The notes under the pieces are model-generated. The model worked only from the letters and a program-made list of their open reading frames with translations, was not told where the DNA came from and did no database searches. From IMG/VR virus record IMGVR_UViG_3300005686_000039, positions 1,913 to 65,912 of that record: 64,000 nt of DNA; one strand, given 5' to 3'. Below, one piece after another: positions 39,533 to 48,533 of the stretch. The position numbers and the translations under genes are program-made. The first letter of the stretch is position 1, and each line of letters begins with the position of its first letter. Origin of the DNA: a virus (Duplodnaviria > Caudoviricetes).

Positions 39533-42210
39533 GCCGCTCTCCTTCTCGTCTTGATGCTGGCCACCCGCGTCGTCTCTTCGGCGTACATGCCCAAGAGCAT
39601 CGACTGGAGCCGCTGCTTCTGCTTCACACCCTGGTAGGCTTTCAGCTCCGCAGGCGTCGAATGGATGTGGGCGATGAGCATGTGGTTCACCTGCCCTGGC
39701 CGGTCCATTCGGTTGTTCGCCTGCTCGTAGCCCTCGGCGGAGAAGTACACGCCCCACCAGATCGTCGTGTCGGCCGCAGTCAGCGTCAGTCCGTGCGACG
39801 CCGTCTTGGGATGCGCGACGAGGATCTTCGGACCACCGACTGCCTGGAACCTGCTCACGATGTCGCCGCGCTGGCCGCCCGACGTGTCGCCGGTGACACT
39901 CTCGACGACCCCCTCGCCGTACCGGGCGGTCAACTCGCGAACCAGTCGGCTGATCACGCCGGTGTAGGTGGCGAACACGATCGACTTGCCGACTGCGCTT
40001 TCGATCAGTTCACATAGTAACTCGAAACGCGGGGACCAGTCAAATTCGACAGTGCCCTGATCGCCGATTACAACGCCCTGGTAGATCTGGTGGATCTTCG
40101 ACATGCGCGCCGCCGCAGTCTGCGCGAGCACCGCCGTACCCGACTGCTGGTCCTCGTAGACCCACTGCTTGCCGATCTCGTCGATCGCCTTCTGCTGCTC
40201 GTCGCTGAGCGGTGCGTAGTAGTCGAGGTGCTGCACGGGCGGGATGTCGACGCAGTCCTCCTTCGCGAACCGAACCGCCGGCTGCAGCATGGAGAAGACG
40301 TAGTCCTTCACCTCGGCCTCGGGCTTGGGCGTGTACTTCGTCACCGACTTCGGGCCGTAGTTCACGACCTTCGCCGTGCACACCTTGTCGCGGTACGCGT
40401 TCATGGACGACGGCATGATGTGTGGGCAGATGATACGGCCCAGCGACCACGCGTCCTCCGGCGTCTGTGCCATCGGCGTGCCGGTCATCATCCAGATCGA
40501 GCGGTCGTGCAGCATGGCGCGCAGCGCCTTCGTCACGTCTGCGCGGAAGTTCTTGTACGCCGTCGCCTCGTCGCAGATGATGTGCGTGATCGTCGTGTCC
40601 TTCGCCAGCTCGGGCCAGATGGTGCGCAGGCCATCGTGGTTCAGGATCAGGATTTCGGCGCTCGTGTTGGCGAGCGCGGCGAGCCGCTTCTTCTTCGAGC
40701 CGGTCATCAGACCGACGACGGTCTGCGGCAGGATGTTGAAGCACTCGCGAGACCACACCGCCTCGGTGCACGAGAGCGGGCACAGTATGAGCAGGCGGCC
40801 GGCGAGCCCTTCCCGGCGCAGGTAGTCGTAGGCCCACAGCGCCGCCGCCGTCTTGCCGGTGTTACCCGTGACGAACACACAACCGTTGCGACGAAGCACG
40901 AGGAACGTGCTCGGCACCATGAAGCAGTATTTGAAGCCGTCCGAACTGCCGACGACCTTCGCGTTGAGCAGCCGAGTACCGTCCGCTCTTGAGCCGGCCA
41001 GCCCGACGTGTTGGCGATCGGTGACAGTAACGGTGAACTCGGTGTGACCCTTGTCCTCACGTACCGTGGCCACGACACGCGCGGTGCGGCCCGTAGCCGA
41101 AAACGCGTACTGCACGAAGTCGGCGGACGCCCGCGCGGTTGTCGAAAACACCCTCCGCCGGTCGCTCTGTGTGCCGTCCCAATGCAGCACCTCGTCGGCG
41201 ACCGTCGCGAGCTGACCCGGACTGCACGCCCACCACCACTCTCCGAACTCCTTGTCGGAGCGCGGGGCAGCGAACTTGAACACGCTGTACCCTTTGGCCG
41301 ACGCGTACTCGGGTTGGCACACTCGGTACTCGACCCCTGCGGCCTTGAGCAGCGCGTGCATACGGTCGATCTTGCGCTGGCGCTTCAAGCGAACTACGCA
41401 ATGTCGCGTGCGCGACGGGAAGCGCCCATCCGCTATGACCGCGATCTGCAGGCGCAGCATGTCGTCCGACATATCCACGCCAGCCGTGGCCGGAGCGCCG
41501 AACACGGTCGGTACCGCCGCGCTTTTGTACGCGATGGTATTCGTCCCGAGCTTGCGCGACCCTGCGGTCGGCAGTGGAGTGCCGTTGACCCACGCTACTC
41601 CACCCGCCAACACTTCGGCTGCCTGCATGACTACACGCTTCTCGCGCCCCACGTTGCGCGCTTTGTGATCGACGAGCAGCATGCGGTGTTCTAGGCTCAA
41701 GAGCTGGTCCACGCCGTACTTGTTCTTGAAGTGGACCATCTCATCGCACGGCAACTTAACGAACTCGCCGTCAACGAACTCCGCTTGGCCCGTGTCGTTG
41801 TTGAACTGCGCTACCTGCCCACCTGCGTAGTCGGCGATACGCCGCCACCCGGTAGGTGACAGGTATTCTGTGTCGGCGTCCACGCACCCGAGGCCGTTGA
41901 AGCAGAACGCCCGGTGATGCAGCGACAGGAAGCCCGCCGTCACCATCTGGTGCTCGAAGGGTTGGAACCGCCCAGGCCAGTCATAGCTCTCCAGCATCGG
42001 GCTCGGCGCGTCGTAGCCCAGCGACGCGAGCTTCTGCGCGTGGGCTAGATCGCGCGGCACGGCGACCAAAGTGCCAGCGGACGCCGTACTGATCTGCTTC
42101 GCCGAGCCCAGGTGGCTCGCGATCGTGTCGTAGTGCTCGTCGTCGAAGACGAACCAGCCGGGGTAGACCGCCCGAGGGGCGATGTTGTTGGTCAGGTGAC
42201 TGGCAGTCAT
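39529..42210 (-). CDS. SNF2-family helicase containing an intein
   Basis: Q motif FEHQ, split motif I GLG/TGKT, ICDEAT, MTGTP, SHGLTLT, QANNRMDRPGQ. Confidence 0.88.
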   Translation of the reverse strand: MTASHLTNNIAPRAVYPGWFVFDDEHYDTIASHLGSAKQISTASAGTLVAVPRDLAHAQKLASLGYDAPSPMLESYDWPGRFQPFEHQMVTAGFLSLHHRAFCFNGLGCVDADTEYLSPTGWRRIADYAGGQVAQFNNDTGQAEFVDGEFVKLPCDEMVHFKNKYGVDQLLSLEHRMLLVDHKARNVGREKRVVMQAAEVLAGGVAWVNGTPLPTAGSRKLGTNTIAYKSAAVPTVFGAPATAGVDMSDDMLRLQIAVIADGRFPSRTRHCVVRLKRQRKIDRMHALLKAAGVEYRVCQPEYASAKGYSVFKFAAPRSDKEFGEWWWACSPGQLATVADEVLHWDGTQSDRRRVFSTTARASADFVQYAFSATGRTARVVATVREDKGHTEFTVTVTDRQHVGLAGSRADGTRLLNAKVVGSSDGFKYCFMVPSTFLVLRRNGCVFVTGNTGKTAAALWAYDYLRREGLAGRLLILCPLSCTEAVWSRECFNILPQTVVGLMTGSKKKRLAALANTSAEILILNHDGLRTIWPELAKDTTITHIICDEATAYKNFRADVTKALRAMLHDRSIWMMTGTPMAQTPEDAWSLGRIICPHIMPSSMNAYRDKVCTAKVVNYGPKSVTKYTPKPEAEVKDYVFSMLQPAVRFAKEDCVDIPPVQHLDYYAPLSDEQQKAIDEIGKQWVYEDQQSGTAVLAQTAAARMSKIHQIYQGVVIGDQGTVEFDWSPRFELLCELIESAVGKSIVFATYTGVISRLVRELTARYGEGVVESVTGDTSGGQRGDIVSRFQAVGGPKILVAHPKTASHGLTLTAADTTIWWGVYFSAEGYEQANNRMDRPGQVNHMLIAHIHSTPAELKAYQGVKQKQRLQSMLLGMYAEETTRVASIKTRRRAA
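40861..41886 (-). mobile_element. Intein (342 aa) with LAGLIDADG-type endonuclease domain
   Basis: Starts CVDADTEYLSPTGW, ends YCFMVPSTFLVLRRNGCVFVTGN before Thr; AVIADG and LHWDG blocks. Confidence 0.88.
42196..42210. promoter_or_regulatory. Palindromic motif copy GTGACTG-G-CAGTCAT
   Basis: Contains the VRR-NUC stop and the helicase ATG. Confidence 0.65.
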
Positions 42211-42512
42211 AGTCTCTCCTTGCCGGGCAGCCCGAAGAAGCTCCGCAGCTCGTCGAAGTTGTGCTCGTTGATCACGAGCGCGATGCCGCCGGCCTTCGTG
42301 ATGTCGGCCAGCTCGCGGTCCTGCAGCTTGGTGGTCTTGCCCTTGCCGGCCTTGCACTCGATGGCGATGAAGCGCCCCTGGTGGCACGCGATGTAGTCGG
42401 GGACGCCGGCCCGGCTGTACGCACTGGCGATGGGGGTAACATACCATGCGCCTACGGAGCGAAGCAAGTCACGCACCTTGCTCTTCACTCTCCCTTCGGG
42501 GGTCATGCTCAT
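42207..42512 (-). CDS. VRR-NUC nuclease
   Basis: TPEGRVK, GVPDYIAC..GRFIAIECKAG, LQ..EL..I...GG. Confidence 0.85.
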   Translation of the reverse strand: MSMTPEGRVKSKVRDLLRSVGAWYVTPIASAYSRAGVPDYIACHQGRFIAIECKAGKGKTTKLQDRELADITKAGGIALVINEHNFDELRSFFGLPGKERL

Positions 42513-42778
42513 AGCGCACTCCCCGAGGTCGGGGGCTCGTCGCCACGCTTGCTGCACGGGCAGTGCGTTAGGGCGGCTTCCTCGTAGCACGACACCCAGC
42601 CGGTGCCCGAGCAGTGGATGCACCTCGGGTTGGCCGTGAGGAGCATGTCCACCCACGCCGATGTTTCCCGGCCACGCTCCAGCCAGCGACCGATGGTCAG
42701 CATGACGAAGCCGTAGGCGCCTACGGCCAGGATGCTCGCGGCGACCGCGAACCAAAAGTCTGGACTGCTGATGTTCAT
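42509..42778 (-). CDS. Small membrane protein with CxxC...CxC zinc motif
   Basis: MNISSPDFW...; TM helix; CIHCSGTGW...CPC. Confidence 0.55.
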   Translation of the reverse strand: MNISSPDFWFAVAASILAVGAYGFVMLTIGRWLERGRETSAWVDMLLTANPRCIHCSGTGWVSCYEEAALTHCPCSKRGDEPPTSGSAL

Positions 42779-43287
42779 CACACGCGCTCCTTCGAGTTGT
42801 ATGCGGCGTCCGAGCAGAACTTCTTCGCCTGTTGGCCACGCTTGATCGGAGTGGTGACGCTGAACCACTGGAGGGGGCCGCCCGTGTGCACGTCGAGGTC
42901 GCGAGCGGCCGACACCGCGTCGAGCGCCGAGGCGCCGACGTGCATTGCGCCGAGCGCGAACTCCTTGCCCGTGCCGATCGCCCACTTGGCCGGCATGGCG
43001 CACCCGTGGGGCTGGCCGTTATCGTACTGCGTGGACACCCACTCGCCGCCACGGCGCTCGACGACCGCGAGCGTCCACCCGTGCGGGGTGGCTGGCAGCT
43101 TGCCCACGTCGGCGCCCTTCTCGAACCAGTCGATGAGGTACTGCATGAGCCCGTCCGTGCCGGCGACGGCGAAGTAGCGGCCCTTGCTGAATTGGATCTT
43201 GGTGACGACCCGCTGCTCCTTTATGTTGACCCAGCAACAGAGGGTGTCGGCGACGAGCAGCGCGCCGTCGAAGGCGATGGTGGTCAT
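42778..43287 (-). CDS. Ntn-hydrolase (HslV/proteasome-beta-like) protease
   Basis: MTTIAFDG..L.ADT N-terminus; AIGTG.EFALGAM; DVHTGG. Confidence 0.7.
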   Translation of the reverse strand: MTTIAFDGALLVADTLCCWVNIKEQRVVTKIQFSKGRYFAVAGTDGLMQYLIDWFEKGADVGKLPATPHGWTLAVVERRGGEWVSTQYDNGQPHGCAMPAKWAIGTGKEFALGAMHVGASALDAVSAARDLDVHTGGPLQWFSVTTPIKRGQQAKKFCSDAAYNSKERV

Positions 43288-43436
43288 GGTGTGTTGTACC
43301 TGCGGACGTTGTTCTGTTGTATGGACAAACCGGGAACTGGTGAAGGGACTACTGCAGGGACTTCGGCTTCTGGTACGCACTGTGTTCGTGTCCGGTTCTA
43401 GCGCTCCGTTGTCCGGCTTTCGGACCCCGGATGGTG

Positions 43437-43562
43437 CGCGCAAACCCCTGTGTTTACTGGCATTTTCACGGGACTGCCCCTTCAAGAACTCCACTTGTGA
43501 CACAAGTCGTCTCGGACTATATACGCCATTCGAGAAGCCTTGTAAATTCAGGGGTTTACGCG
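43437..43562. other. Candidate attP: nested inverted repeats beside the integrase
   Basis: 21-bp IR (18/21) at 43437-43457 and 43542-43562 centred on ACTTGTG-A-CACAAGT (43493-43507); CTGCAGGGACTT repeated near 43352 and 43577. Confidence 0.5.
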
Positions 43563-43591
43563 GGTTATTTAATTCTCTGCAGGGACTTTTA

Positions 43592-44674
43592 TCACCCTGC
43601 AGTACGCGGTTTCTGCAGCCGGTTTTCCGGCAGCGTGATGACGTTGGCGTCGTCCAGACCGGGCAAACGATCGACCGCAGCCTGCACGTCCTCGCGAACG
43701 GCGTGCGCGTAGCGCATCGTGTGCTTGATGCTGGAGTGGCCGAGGATCTTTTGTATGATCTGCAACCCGACGCCCCGGTGGCCCAGCCACGTCGCCGTCG
43801 TGTGCCGCAGGTCATGCCAGTGGAAGTCCGCGATCCCGCACTGCTTCAATGCGCGCTCCCACTCGCGCTGGTGGTTCGTGAAGTCGAAGACGTGCTCGCT
43901 GTTGCGCGGCATCGACTGCAGGAGCTTCAACGCCTGGGCGCCGATGGGGAGCTGCTTGCGCCCGCCGCCCTTGGTCAGCACGTCCGCCGTGCGGGCGGTC
44001 CAGTCGATGCGGTCCCACCTCATCGACTGCGTCTCGATCCTGCGAGCGCCGGTGAAGAGGGTCCACAGCATCGCCACGGCGAGGTGCTGCGGCAGCGCGT
44101 CGGCGAGCTGCTTGGCCTGCTCCGGGGTCAGGTAGCGAATGCGCTCGCCGGCCTCCTTCTGCCAGTACAGCGACCACTCGATGTCTTGCACCGGCACCTT
44201 GAGCGCCTTCTTCGCGAACAGGTGCACGCCGCGCAGCCGGACGATCATGCGGTTCATGCCGGCGCCGTTGATACGCTTGCCGAGCCCGCGCCCGGTAGCC
44301 GCGCCCAGCCAGGCTTCGATCAGGCGGGTCACGTCGTTGCCGTCGACTGTAGCGTAGGCGCGGTCGGAGCCCAGCGTTTCCTCGATGCGCATGAGGTGGA
44401 CCATGGTCGTGTCTTCGGACGGGCGGTCCTTCACACGGACGGCGTGGTACTTCTCGATGACGGTCCCGACCGTCATCCGGTCTGGCTCCTGCGCGCGAGC
44501 CTCCTGCGACTTCAACGCGCCGGCGCGGGCCTCTCGTTCGACCTGTTCCGCTTTTCGGCGATCAGCCGTGCCGCAACTCCCTTGAAACCGCTGGCCTGCG
44601 ACGACGAAGTCGTAGTGGTATGTGACCGTTTTCGACCCATCCGCTTTTTTGGTTGTTCGCTTGGTGAGGGACAT
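43592..44674 (-). CDS. int: Tyrosine integrase
   Basis: TGARR, WHDLRH, LGH, TMRY catalytic residues. Confidence 0.92.
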   Translation of the reverse strand: MSLTKRTTKKADGSKTVTYHYDFVVAGQRFQGSCGTADRRKAEQVEREARAGALKSQEARAQEPDRMTVGTVIEKYHAVRVKDRPSEDTTMVHLMRIEETLGSDRAYATVDGNDVTRLIEAWLGAATGRGLGKRINGAGMNRMIVRLRGVHLFAKKALKVPVQDIEWSLYWQKEAGERIRYLTPEQAKQLADALPQHLAVAMLWTLFTGARRIETQSMRWDRIDWTARTADVLTKGGGRKQLPIGAQALKLLQSMPRNSEHVFDFTNHQREWERALKQCGIADFHWHDLRHTTATWLGHRGVGLQIIQKILGHSSIKHTMRYAHAVREDVQAAVDRLPGLDDANVITLPENRLQKPRTAG

Positions 44675-44832
44675 TTCTGCTGGCTCTCGATGAACGCTTC
44701 GATGTCGGACATCCTATAGCGCTTCTCGCGCCGGGTCGTGGGGTGCAGGTAGAAGTGCGGAATGTCGGTGCGCTGCAGCGAGCGCACCGAAACCCGAAGC
44801 ATCTCCGCAACCTCATGCGGCTTGAGGAACAT
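44512..44832 (-). CDS. xis: Excisionase-like HTH protein
   Basis: FLKPHEVAEMLRVS.RSL...RYRMSDIEAFI; upstream of and overlapping int. Confidence 0.65.
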   Translation of the reverse strand: MFLKPHEVAEMLRVSVRSLQRTDIPHFYLHPTTRREKRYRMSDIEAFIESQQKCPSPSEQPKKRMGRKRSHTTTTSSSQASGFKGVAARLIAEKRNRSNERPAPAR

Positions 44833-45043
44833 CGCCCCTCACTTCCGAGCCGGCGAGCGCATGCCGCCCCTTCGACGTGAGCTTGTACTTGAACTCGACG
44901 CGGTCCCACTCGACGAGACCGTTCACCGTGAGGTAGCTCACGACCCGCTTGCGGTCGGCGTCGATGCCGCCGAGCTGCAGCGATGGGAACATCTGCCCCG
45001 TCTGCCCCACGTACTCCAACGCGTCACGCGCCTGCTTGTCCAT
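44813..45043 (-). CDS. Small winged-helix-like hypothetical protein
   Basis: YL..NGLV...YKLTSKG; GGAGG RBS. Confidence 0.55.
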   Translation of the reverse strand: MDKQARDALEYVGQTGQMFPSLQLGGIDADRKRVVSYLTVNGLVEWDRVEFKYKLTSKGRHALAGSEVRGDVPQAA

Positions 45044-45344
45044 CCCCGCCTCCCGTTGCTGTCTGCAGCAGTGCTTCGCCTCTACTCGTCAGTACAACTT
45101 TCTTGCGGTCGAGCGTGATCCTGACGAGCCCCGCCCTGACCGCGTCCCAATACTTCGGGTGGTCTTTCATCTTGTCGTGCTCGCCGCCCTGCACGAGCAG
45201 CACTTCGATCAGGAACGCGCGCATGTTGTCCGCGTCCTGCACGACGCAGTCGGGGTTGATCAGCATGCGCTCGGTGCGTTCCTGTCCGTAGCGCACCTCG
45301 CGAGGGAGGTACACGCCGCGCGATTTGTAGACGCCCATCACCAT
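45024..45344 (-). CDS. Hypothetical protein, 106 aa
   Basis: Ends in a similar GLV...LTSRG winged-helix-like motif. Confidence 0.55.
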   Translation of the reverse strand: MVMGVYKSRGVYLPREVRYGQERTERMLINPDCVVQDADNMRAFLIEVLLVQGGEHDKMKDHPKYWDAVRAGLVRITLDRKKVVLTSRGEALLQTATGGGDGQAGA

Positions 45345-45345
45345 G

Positions 45346-45696
45346 TCATCCGCTCCACGTCACGAGCAGCTTCCACACGTCTGCAACGACGCCAGGCGTA
45401 GTCCCTGCCTTGTCGGCGATTGCTCGCAGCGCGTCCTCGCTTGGAGGTTCCTTGTCGAGCGCGACCTGCTTATCGTTGATCAGGTCCAGCCCGTGGTCGG
45501 CGCACACGGCGAGCGCCGCGATCAGCTTGTCGAGGTTGGTGCGCTTGGTCTGCATGTCTTTGTAGCTCATGAGCTGCTGCCGCAGCTTGTCGATGTCGAC
45601 GCCGACAAACGACGACGAGTGCGCGTCGGGGCCTACCGCGACTGTGTCGTCGGGGTTCAACACGACCGACGAAAAGTACCTTGTTGGGTCGCTCAT
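45346..45696 (-). CDS. Hypothetical protein (MSDPTRYF...)
   Basis: AGGGG RBS; ATGA overlap. Confidence 0.6.
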   Translation of the reverse strand: MSDPTRYFSSVVLNPDDTVAVGPDAHSSSFVGVDIDKLRQQLMSYKDMQTKRTNLDKLIAALAVCADHGLDLINDKQVALDKEPPSEDALRAIADKAGTTPGVVADVWKLLVTWSG

Positions 45697-46358
45697 TTGT
45701 TCCCCCTGTCGCGCCAGTGAACGCACGATTTCACGGCACACCAGCCGCAAAGACCGCTCGGTTTCTTCGGCCACGAGTTGTTGGCCAGCGAGTGCTCGAT
45801 GTCCGCAACGACGCTATTCGTGTCGCGGATCAGGTGACTGATGTCACTGCGATGGAACGTGTCCTTCGCCATGTGCCGCTCCTTCATGTAGATGAAGCGG
45901 CTGTCGATGGTCTGCACCTCGGGGAACTTCGCGAACACGAGGACCGCGCAGCGCTCGGCCTGGCCGTCGCCGCCCCTGTACTTTCCCGTCTTCCAATCGA
46001 TGATGATCGCGTGCGGGCCGCGCAGGATCACGAGATCGACGATGCCCCTGAACCAGCAGCGCTCTTTGTCGAAGTAGTCGCACGCGTCCAAGTCGATAGT
46101 GATGCCCAGTTTCAACTCGGCGTGCTTCTCGCCGGGGATCTGCTCGACGGCCTGGGCAAGCTGCTCGTACTGCGCGAAGTTGGGCGGCAAGGGAGTGCCC
46201 TCGCCTACCCGGTGCTCGATGGCCTTGTGCATCTGCTCGCCGTACGCGCCGGCCTTGGACTGCACGTCCTTGACCTGCTTCGTGACAGCGATCTGGTTGT
46301 ACTGCCACGGGCAGTTCTCGTAGCGCTTGAGCGCCGAGTGCGAGTGGATGATGTTCAT
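45693..46358 (-). CDS. PD-(D/E)XK (Cas4/RecB-like) exonuclease
   Basis: SHSAL..YENCP, RGIVDLV, IIDWKTGK, PSGLCGWC....C. Confidence 0.82.
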   Translation of the reverse strand: MNIIHSHSALKRYENCPWQYNQIAVTKQVKDVQSKAGAYGEQMHKAIEHRVGEGTPLPPNFAQYEQLAQAVEQIPGEKHAELKLGITIDLDACDYFDKERCWFRGIVDLVILRGPHAIIIDWKTGKYRGGDGQAERCAVLVFAKFPEVQTIDSRFIYMKERHMAKDTFHRSDISHLIRDTNSVVADIEHSLANNSWPKKPSGLCGWCAVKSCVHWRDRGNK

Positions 46359-46588
46359 GGCTTGTCGATCCGTTGGACTATCGGCTCGACCAGCAGCAAC
46401 ACCGCACGAATATGCTCGCGAGCTTTGAGAAGTCGTTCGCCGACGCCAAGCCCGTTGACCAACCCGTCCAGGGTGCGCGCCGCCTGGGCAATCTCATACC
46501 CCAGCGGGCCGTGCCCGTCAAGATTGATGTCCGTAGTCATGGCATACCGCTCGATGATGTCGCCGGTGTCGATGTGGTCACTCGTCAT
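46355..46588 (-). CDS. Hypothetical protein, 77 aa
   Basis: ATGA overlaps. Confidence 0.55.
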   Translation of the reverse strand: MTSDHIDTGDIIERYAMTTDINLDGHGPLGYEIAQAARTLDGLVNGLGVGERLLKAREHIRAVLLLVEPIVQRIDKP

Positions 46589-46662
46589 CCTACGATCTCC
46601 GTCAGATCCTCAAGCGTGGCGTCCACCCAAACCCATTCGAACTCAATGTCGGGTCCGCTCAT
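46585..46662 (-). CDS. 25-aa acidic peptide MSGPDIEFEWVWVDATLEDLTEIVG
   Basis: ATGA overlap at both ends; GGAGG about 10 nt upstream. Confidence 0.45.
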   Translation of the reverse strand: MSGPDIEFEWVWVDATLEDLTEIVG

Positions 46663-48533
46663 GTTTTCTTGATACCTCCGTATGTCTTCCCGTAGCCGGC
46701 CTCGCAGGCGATCGGGATGCCCGGCCACCAGCTCGGCGCCTCACTCATGCACTCGCGAACGTAGGCGACACCCTCTTCGGCCTCCGCCTCGGGGACGAGC
46801 GCGAGCACGGCGTCGTGCACCTGCAGCAGCACCGGATACCGACGACGGATCTTCTGCACCTGCGGGTCGATGATCTCGCGGGCGAGCGACTGGCCCAGGT
46901 TCTCCAGCAGCGTACCGCCGTGGATGTATTTGAGGCCGTTCGACTTGCCGCCGAAGAACGTGAACGCCAGCGACTTGCGCCCGGTCTGCTGGTCCGTGAT
47001 GTAGCGCAGGTCGGGGTACTTGAGCTTGAAGCCCGAAGGCAACTCGATGCTGTCGCTGTGCCAGATGATCGGGTGCGTCGGGTCGAGATCGGGCGGAACC
47101 GCGCCCGTCGCCATGGTCTTGAGCTGCTTGTCGAGCAGCGTCCACATCCCCGATATGCCCGTGTACGTCTTGCGGTACAGCGTGTTGATGCGCTCGGCCT
47201 CGTCCTCGCTGACGCGCAAGCCGGCCTGCACCCACAACATCTTCTGGAACGTCCGCGCGCCGACGCGGTACTGCGACGAGAGCATCGCGACCTTGCCGGT
47301 CTGGCGGTAGTTGGCGACGATCGGATCCGTCTTGGTAAGCGCCTTCGTCACGGGCACGCCGAACAGCGTCGTGGCGAAGTCGGAGTACGCGTCGCCGCCG
47401 ACGCGCAGCGTCTCGACGAGATCGTCCTGCCCGCAGAACTTGGCGACCACGCGCAGCTCGATGTTGGAGCTGTCGGCCTCGACGAACACATACCCATCGG
47501 GAGCCTCGACACCGTCGCGCATCTTCGACGAGCGGCCGACGTTCTGCCAGTTGAGCCCTTCCTGCCCCGACAGGCGGCCGGTCTGCATCGCCCCGCAGAA
47601 AGCGAGCGGGACCGGGCACAGCTTGCCGTCCTCGGCCAGTTCGAGATACGCCTTCGACCGGGTCTCTTCGATCGACGACTTCACCGCAAGGCGGGCGAGC
47701 ACGAGATCGCGAACGTCGGTGTTCGGATCGTCTTGCAGGTCGACGAACTCCTGATCCGTCTTGCTGAACGCGTAGGTCTCCTTGCCCGTGGCGCGCGAGA
47801 TCTTCGTCGGCGGCTCGATGCCGTGCTCGCGCAAGATGTCCGCGAACTGCTTGTTGCTGTTGAGCTGCGTCTTGGTGAGGCGGCAGTTCGCGACGGCGTT
47901 CCTCTTGATTTCCACCTCCGTCTCGTGACACTCGCGCATCACGTCAGCGTTGAGGACGATGCCCGGCTGGGTCATCATCCTGACGGTCCAGTCGAGTGTG
48001 GCGAGCATCTTCTTCGGGAACTCCGGCCACATCGATCGGAAGATGAGGGCGGTCTGCTCGGCGTCCTGGCAGGCGTACGCACCCAGCGTGCGCTCTTGCT
48101 CGGGCGACAGGTCGCGGACGCCCTTCGTGGCGTAGAGCGCGCCGCCCTTCTCCAGCTTGCCGACGTGCCCGTAGTGCTGGGCCACGGCGTCCAGCGAGCG
48201 AGACGGGACCGTGCCGCCGAGCACGCATCGCGCCATGCCGAGCGTGTCGACGTAGGTGTGCGGGTGGCACTCGTCGATCTCGGCGAGGATGAGCCCATCG
48301 AACGGCAGGTTGTGGCCGATCAGCAGGGTCTTCGACCAGTCGATGTCGTTCTGCAGAACCGACTTGAGGTGACTGCCAGTCACCCACTCGGCCGGCGCAC
48401 CGTTCAGCTTGAGCGCGGCGCCGTGGTACTTGAAGCGCGGGTCACGCACGTAGCGGATGGTGTTCATCTTGCTGAGCGAGTAGTCGTTCGACCAGTAGCT
48501 CTCGTAGTCTAGGACGAGTACGTCGTATTTCAT
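46659..48533 (-). CDS. Family A DNA polymerase with 3'-5' exonuclease domain
   Basis: LDYES, HNLPFD, YACQD exonuclease motifs; EADSSNIELR, R..GK.....QY, QVHDA polymerase motifs. Confidence 0.88.
   Translation of the reverse strand: MKYDVLVLDYESYWSNDYSLSKMNTIRYVRDPRFKYHGAALKLNGAPAEWVTGSHLKSVLQNDIDWSKTLLIGHNLPFDGLILAEIDECHPHTYVDTLGMARCVLGGTVPSRSLDAVAQHYGHVGKLEKGGALYATKGVRDLSPEQERTLGAYACQDAEQTALIFRSMWPEFPKKMLATLDWTVRMMTQPGIVLNADVMRECHETEVEIKRNAVANCRLTKTQLNSNKQFADILREHGIEPPTKISRATGKETYAFSKTDQEFVDLQDDPNTDVRDLVLARLAVKSSIEETRSKAYLELAEDGKLCPVPLAFCGAMQTGRLSGQEGLNWQNVGRSSKMRDGVEAPDGYVFVEADSSNIELRVVAKFCGQDDLVETLRVGGDAYSDFATTLFGVPVTKALTKTDPIVANYRQTGKVAMLSSQYRVGARTFQKMLWVQAGLRVSEDEAERINTLYRKTYTGISGMWTLLDKQLKTMATGAVPPDLDPTHPIIWHSDSIELPSGFKLKYPDLRYITDQQTGRKSLAFTFFGGKSNGLKYIHGGTLLENLGQSLAREIIDPQVQKIRRRYPVLLQVHDAVLALVPEAEAEEGVAYVRECMSEAPSWWPGIPIACEAGYGKTYGGIKKT
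48368..48384. promoter_or_regulatory. Palindromic motif copy GGTGACTG-C-CAGTCACC inside the polymerase gene
   Basis: Perfect 8-bp dyad in coding sequence. Confidence 0.55.

Noticed and set aside
43290-43590. tRNA fragment as att core
   Set aside because: No T-loop GTTCRA arm with acceptor stem found on either strand by eye
45834-45847. GTGACTGATGTCAC as another palindrome copy
   Set aside because: Right half-site and spacing deviate, and it lies inside a coding region; not counted
45681-48512. 943-aa + strand ORF
   Set aside because: Antisense shadow of the DNA polymerase and exonuclease genes caused by GC-rich codon bias; Arg/Ala/Val-rich with no motifs
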